Below, piece after piece: positions 25,807 through 28,911 of a stretch of DNA of 28,911 bases. How positions within the stretch are numbered: position 1 is the stretch's first letter; the number at the start of each line of letters is the position of its first letter. The stretch spans positions 1 to 28,911 of IMG/VR virus record IMGVR_UViG_3300012232_000040; one strand, given 5' to 3'. Made by a program: the position numbers and the translations under genes. The notes below the pieces were generated by a model. It was given only the letters and a program-made list of their open reading frames with translations, did not search any database and was not told the DNA's origin. Origin of the DNA: a virus. Its lineage: Duplodnaviria; Caudoviricetes.

Positions 25807-26168
25807 GGAGCCTCTTTGACCTCGCCCCCGTGCCGCCCTCTGAGGCGGATTGGCTCGATACGCTGGACACGCGCTACCGACCCCTTGGCGTGTCGGTGGA
25901 CGCCGAACTCGTGAAGATGCAATCGTGGCTCGAGGCCAATCCTCGACGCCACCCGCGGAATGTGCGCCGGTTCACCGTGGCCTGGCTCAACCGCGCCACC
26001 GAGGACCGTGGGGCGAAGCTGCTGGCGGGCCGGATGCTGCCGCCCGTGGCCCGTGTGGACTGGTGGGAGGACTGCAAAGAGCGGCATGGCCTGGACGCCG
26101 ATGGCGTGCCCGTGTGCCGCCAGTCGCACTACCACACGCTGCGGATGGCGACGGAGGCGGCGTCGTGA
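25803..26168 (+). CDS. Stand-alone replisome-organiser / DnaT-like C-terminal domain protein
   Basis: VDAELVKMQSWLEANP...RRFTVAWLNRA. Confidence 0.6.
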   Translation: MRSLFDLAPVPPSEADWLDTLDTRYRPLGVSVDAELVKMQSWLEANPRRHPRNVRRFTVAWLNRATEDRGAKLLAGRMLPPVARVDWWEDCKERHGLDADGVPVCRQSHYHTLRMATEAAS

Positions 26169-26644
26169 GGCGCACCATCAGCGGCACCGATAATCCCGCC
26201 GTGCTCGGCATGGCCGCCACGAGGAACAACGGCCGGTACAACGGGAATGGCCGGAACTGGCGCACCCCGCCTGAACTGTTCGCTGCTCTCGATGCCGAGT
26301 TTCATTTCACGCTGGACCCGTGTGGGGGCGATTTCCCGCTCTGCGCCAAGTCCTACACCGAGGAACAGAACGGCCTGATGCAGTCGTGGGATGGTGAGTC
26401 GGTGTTTATGAATCCGCCGTATGGCCGGGAAGTGGCCGCGTGGACCGTCAAGGCCGCGCAGGAGGCGCCGAATTGCCGTGCCGTGGTCGGACTGCTGCCG
26501 GCATCCACGGACCTCGCCTGGTGGCACCGAGACGTGGTAGGCCGTGCCGAAGTCCGATATATCCGAGGCCGAGTCCGTTTTCTGACGGATGGACCCTACC
26601 GGGCCAGTGGATTCTTCCCGTCAGTCGTAGTGGTGTGGCGATGA
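26165..26644 (+). CDS. Phage DNA N6-adenine methyltransferase (phage Dam family)
   Basis: WRTPPELF..LD.EF.FTLDPC, FMNPPY, LLPASTD..WWH, IRGRVRF; start reassigned to the GTGA overlap. Confidence 0.9.
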   Translation: MRRTISGTDNPAVLGMAATRNNGRYNGNGRNWRTPPELFAALDAEFHFTLDPCGGDFPLCAKSYTEEQNGLMQSWDGESVFMNPPYGREVAAWTVKAAQEAPNCRAVVGLLPASTDLAWWHRDVVGRAEVRYIRGRVRFLTDGPYRASGFFPSVVVVWR

Positions 26645-26808
26645 CGCAAGGCTACCTGTTCGCTATCCCGCACCCCACCCCCTGTGACTGTGGCCGAGGT
26701 GTTTGGGCGCCCCCGTATTTTGTCAGCGGGTGCCTTCAAGAAAACTGGTGCTGCCCCACATGCCGTACCGCCGGCCTCTACAGCACCGCATCGAAGGTGA
26801 AAGCATGA
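26641..26808 (+). CDS. Small Cys-rich protein
   Basis: MTQGYLF...PCDCG...CCPTC; ATGA overlap. Confidence 0.65.
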   Translation: MTQGYLFAIPHPTPCDCGRGVWAPPYFVSGCLQENWCCPTCRTAGLYSTASKVKA

Positions 26809-26987
26809 CCGAACCGACGTGTAATCATTGTCAATGGTGGAAACGTATGGCTGACACCCGCGGGAACTGCTGGAACGGGAAGCACACCACGACCGTGCCA
26901 CAGCGCCGGTACGAGCACGAAAGCTGTTCGCTGTTCGTGGATCAACTAGCGAACCGGTCCGATTGGCCGTTCAAGGAGGCGAAGTGA
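26805..26987 (+). CDS. Small Cys-rich protein (CxxC..W...G.C...C..F)
   Basis: ATGA overlap; RBS-like AAGGTG. Confidence 0.7.
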   Translation: MTEPTCNHCQWWKRMADTRGNCWNGKHTTTVPQRRYEHESCSLFVDQLANRSDWPFKEAK

Positions 26988-27172
26988 GCGATCGTGTCAC
27001 CGAAACGACCTATGGATTCATATGGGACCACGCGAAGGTGGAGCGGTGGGTTTCGCATCAAGGCCACCTCGTGATGGGCGTCACCACGCCACTTCAAGAA
27101 CTGCGAATCAACATCACGCCCACGGGCCTGATTCGGACTTCAGTGACGAAGATACGCAAGGAGGCGAAGTGA
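26984..27172 (+). CDS. Hypothetical protein flanked by 16-bp direct repeats
   Basis: AAGGAGG RBS; GTGA overlap. Confidence 0.75.
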   Translation: MSDRVTETTYGFIWDHAKVERWVSHQGHLVMGVTTPLQELRINITPTGLIRTSVTKIRKEAK

Positions 27173-27438
27173 TGGCGAGCGTAGCAGATCAACTCGCATC
27201 GAACTTGAAGCACGAACGGCACAACAACACCGGTGAATTGATCTACTGGAATAACCAGTGGAAGTTACTGGCACAGCAAGCCGCAAAAGAACTCGCCACC
27301 GCCAAGCGCGAGGCCGTCGAGGCGTTCGTGAAGGCGGTCTACGCCAGATTCGCCAATGACCCACGAAAGACCGGGGGCGCGATGTTCGACATATTGACCT
27401 ATGCCATCGAGAACGAACGCCGCGAGTGGTTGAAGTGA
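27172..27438 (+). CDS. Hypothetical protein
   Basis: AAGGAGG RBS; TGATG overlap. Confidence 0.7.
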   Translation: MASVADQLASNLKHERHNNTGELIYWNNQWKLLAQQAAKELATAKREAVEAFVKAVYARFANDPRKTGGAMFDILTYAIENERREWLK

Positions 27439-27731
27439 GACGGGCTTCTAAGGTGGACAAAATCCATCCAGAAGTCCGCGACCTGTTTCGCGCCAATGGC
27501 CTGGAATGGGAAGACACGAGTGCCTCCGGGAAAGGCTTCCCAGACGCGCTCGTCTGTTACCGGGGGCGGCTGTGGCTGCTGGAAATCAAATCAGGGGCGG
27601 CCGCGGAGAAGCGGAAAGGCACCACGGCGGATGCCCAACGCGCCTTTGCCCAACGCTTCCCCGTCTGCCGCGTCGCCAGTCTGCATCAGGCGCAGGACAC
27701 CATCCGCGCCATCAAAAGCGGCATGCACTAA
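27435..27731 (+). CDS. PD-(D/E)XK nuclease, VRR-NUC / resolvase-like
   Basis: RRASKVD...GKGFPDALV...LLEIK...Q..F. Confidence 0.85.
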   Translation: MRRASKVDKIHPEVRDLFRANGLEWEDTSASGKGFPDALVCYRGRLWLLEIKSGAAAEKRKGTTADAQRAFAQRFPVCRVASLHQAQDTIRAIKSGMH

Positions 27732-28771
27732 AGGACCGTGCCGTCAGGACGCCGCGCTCCATTGCCATACGCCACACGCCCGCTCGGGTCCGCGTAGACG
27801 CAGAGCAACCCCGCCAGATCACAAAATCTTTCTGTCCATCCGGCAGGATTATCAAACCTGCCTTGCGCGGTGATTTCCATCGCCACCAAGAACATGGGCG
27901 CAGGCATCGCTACCAGCGCCTTAATGAGCCACGACTGTTTCTCGTCAATCGGCGCATCGACATCGCACTGACCGTCGTGCCCGTCGAGCCACGGGGCCAG
28001 GACGCGCTGAAACGACCACCGGTCGTGAATGCCCCAGGTCGCATCCGTCGTCTCGTCCCAGCAGGCACACGACTCGGCCCACCCCGGATACCCGCCGCCC
28101 CAATGCACCGTGGTGAGCAGCCCGTGACGGTGGGACCACGCGCCGTTGTCCAGAATCAACTGCACGGTCGGCGCTGGCGCATACCACTTATCGACCTGCC
28201 AGCACGCGCAGACCAAATCCTGATCGGCCACCAGCCCCCCGGCATTCAGCAGCGCCTGGAGCCACGGAATCGCGTCACTGAACGGCACGCCGTCAGAGAC
28301 CGCCACCATCTCGACGAACAGCCCCGCTGCCTTACACCGTTTGGCGCAGTCAATCAGCCCGTCGAGCGACACGCCCCAATTGATGGCCTGGGGCCTGGAC
28401 AGCACGATATGGGTGTAGCCGCAGACCCCGGCGTAATGGGCCAGAATCGTGTTTTGGTCGGCCACTGAGAACGTGGGCAGTTCCCACGACATGAACGTCG
28501 AGCGGTCATTGGCCTCGTGTCCGCCCGACCACCCCGGCACGCTGACGCCTGAGAAGTTGCCACGAGACCAGCGACGATCCGGCTTGGTCGGAATATTCGC
28601 CGGCAGCGTGTGGATGTAATCCCCGGCAAACGACCAGCAGGCGGCTTGTGGCGGCGCCGGTTGGTCCCCAGTGCCTGCCGGGAAGGGCGGCAACGGCGCT
28701 CGGCCCACCGCCGGCGGCCAGCCGTGAGGAGGGAGCGGTCCGCTCGCGTCAGAGACGAGGGTAAGATTCAT
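27728..28771 (-). CDS. Hypothetical protein, possible TIM-barrel glycoside hydrolase
   Basis: 347 aa, Pro-rich N-terminus, Trp-rich, alternating beta/alpha pattern (GYTHIVLS, AGLFVEMV); converges on the middle operon. Function is inference only. Confidence 0.55.
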   Translation of the reverse strand: MNLTLVSDASGPLPPHGWPPAVGRAPLPPFPAGTGDQPAPPQAACWSFAGDYIHTLPANIPTKPDRRWSRGNFSGVSVPGWSGGHEANDRSTFMSWELPTFSVADQNTILAHYAGVCGYTHIVLSRPQAINWGVSLDGLIDCAKRCKAAGLFVEMVAVSDGVPFSDAIPWLQALLNAGGLVADQDLVCACWQVDKWYAPAPTVQLILDNGAWSHRHGLLTTVHWGGGYPGWAESCACWDETTDATWGIHDRWSFQRVLAPWLDGHDGQCDVDAPIDEKQSWLIKALVAMPAPMFLVAMEITAQGRFDNPAGWTERFCDLAGLLCVYADPSGRVAYGNGARRPDGTVL

Positions 28772-28774
28772 GGC

Positions 28775-28909
28775 CTACGTGGTCGAAAACCACTCGTAGG
28801 GCAGCGCCACGCCGCCCTGCCCGCCATTCGGCTGGGCCAGCAGGATGTTGCCGCCGTTGAACGTCACACGCTCCCAGGCGCCCGCCACAGGCGCTTCTGC
28901 GATGACCAG
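28775..28909 (-). CDS. Partial CDS (C-terminus only)
   Basis: Open frame ...LVIAEAPVAGAWERVTFNGGNILLAQPNGGQGGVALPYEWFSTT*, ending 3 nt before the next ATG. Confidence 0.6.
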   Translation of the reverse strand: MVIAEAPVAGAWERVTFNGGNILLAQPNGGQGGVALPYEWFSTT

Positions 28910-28911
28910 CC

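Noticed and set aside
27506-28468. 320-aa plus-strand ORF
   Set aside because: Overlaps the nuclease gene and is antisense to the better-supported 347-aa gene.

Overview
About 29 kb of a high-GC, P22-like (podovirus-type) tailed phage or prophage genome. The left part (1-17305, minus strand) is the virion morphogenesis operon: terminase small subunit, a 45-aa ORF, terminase large subunit, P22 gp1-like portal, scaffold, P22 gp5-like coat, a decoration protein, a 1228-aa repetitive fibre with a paralogous N-terminal domain, an RcGTA Rcc01079-like spike base, and gp4-like and gp10-like tail-hub proteins. The gp10-like protein carries an inserted LamG/concanavalin domain. A truncated beta-helix spike gene, missed by the ORF track, runs off the left edge. 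Diverging from terS is a plus-strand early region (17406-20281) of small, often Cys-rich genes ending in a PEP-CTERM surface protein and an XRE regulator. After an approximately 500-nt structured non-coding block comes a middle operon (20868-27731): Cro-like HTH, SSB-like protein, degenerate 3'-5' exonuclease, stand-alone replisome-organiser C-terminal domain, phage Dam-type methylase and a PD-(D/E)XK nuclease. Converging minus-strand genes at the right edge are probably the end of the late operon. The most unusual observations are the phage-encoded exosortase substrate, repeated leaderless promoters, a Pho-box-like repeat in the divergent promoter region, a candidate beta-clamp-binding peptide as first early gene, and cassette-like junction repeats. 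No integrase, polymerase, helicase, reverse transcriptase, tRNA or CRISPR array was recognised. All family calls come from manual motif recognition, not database searches.
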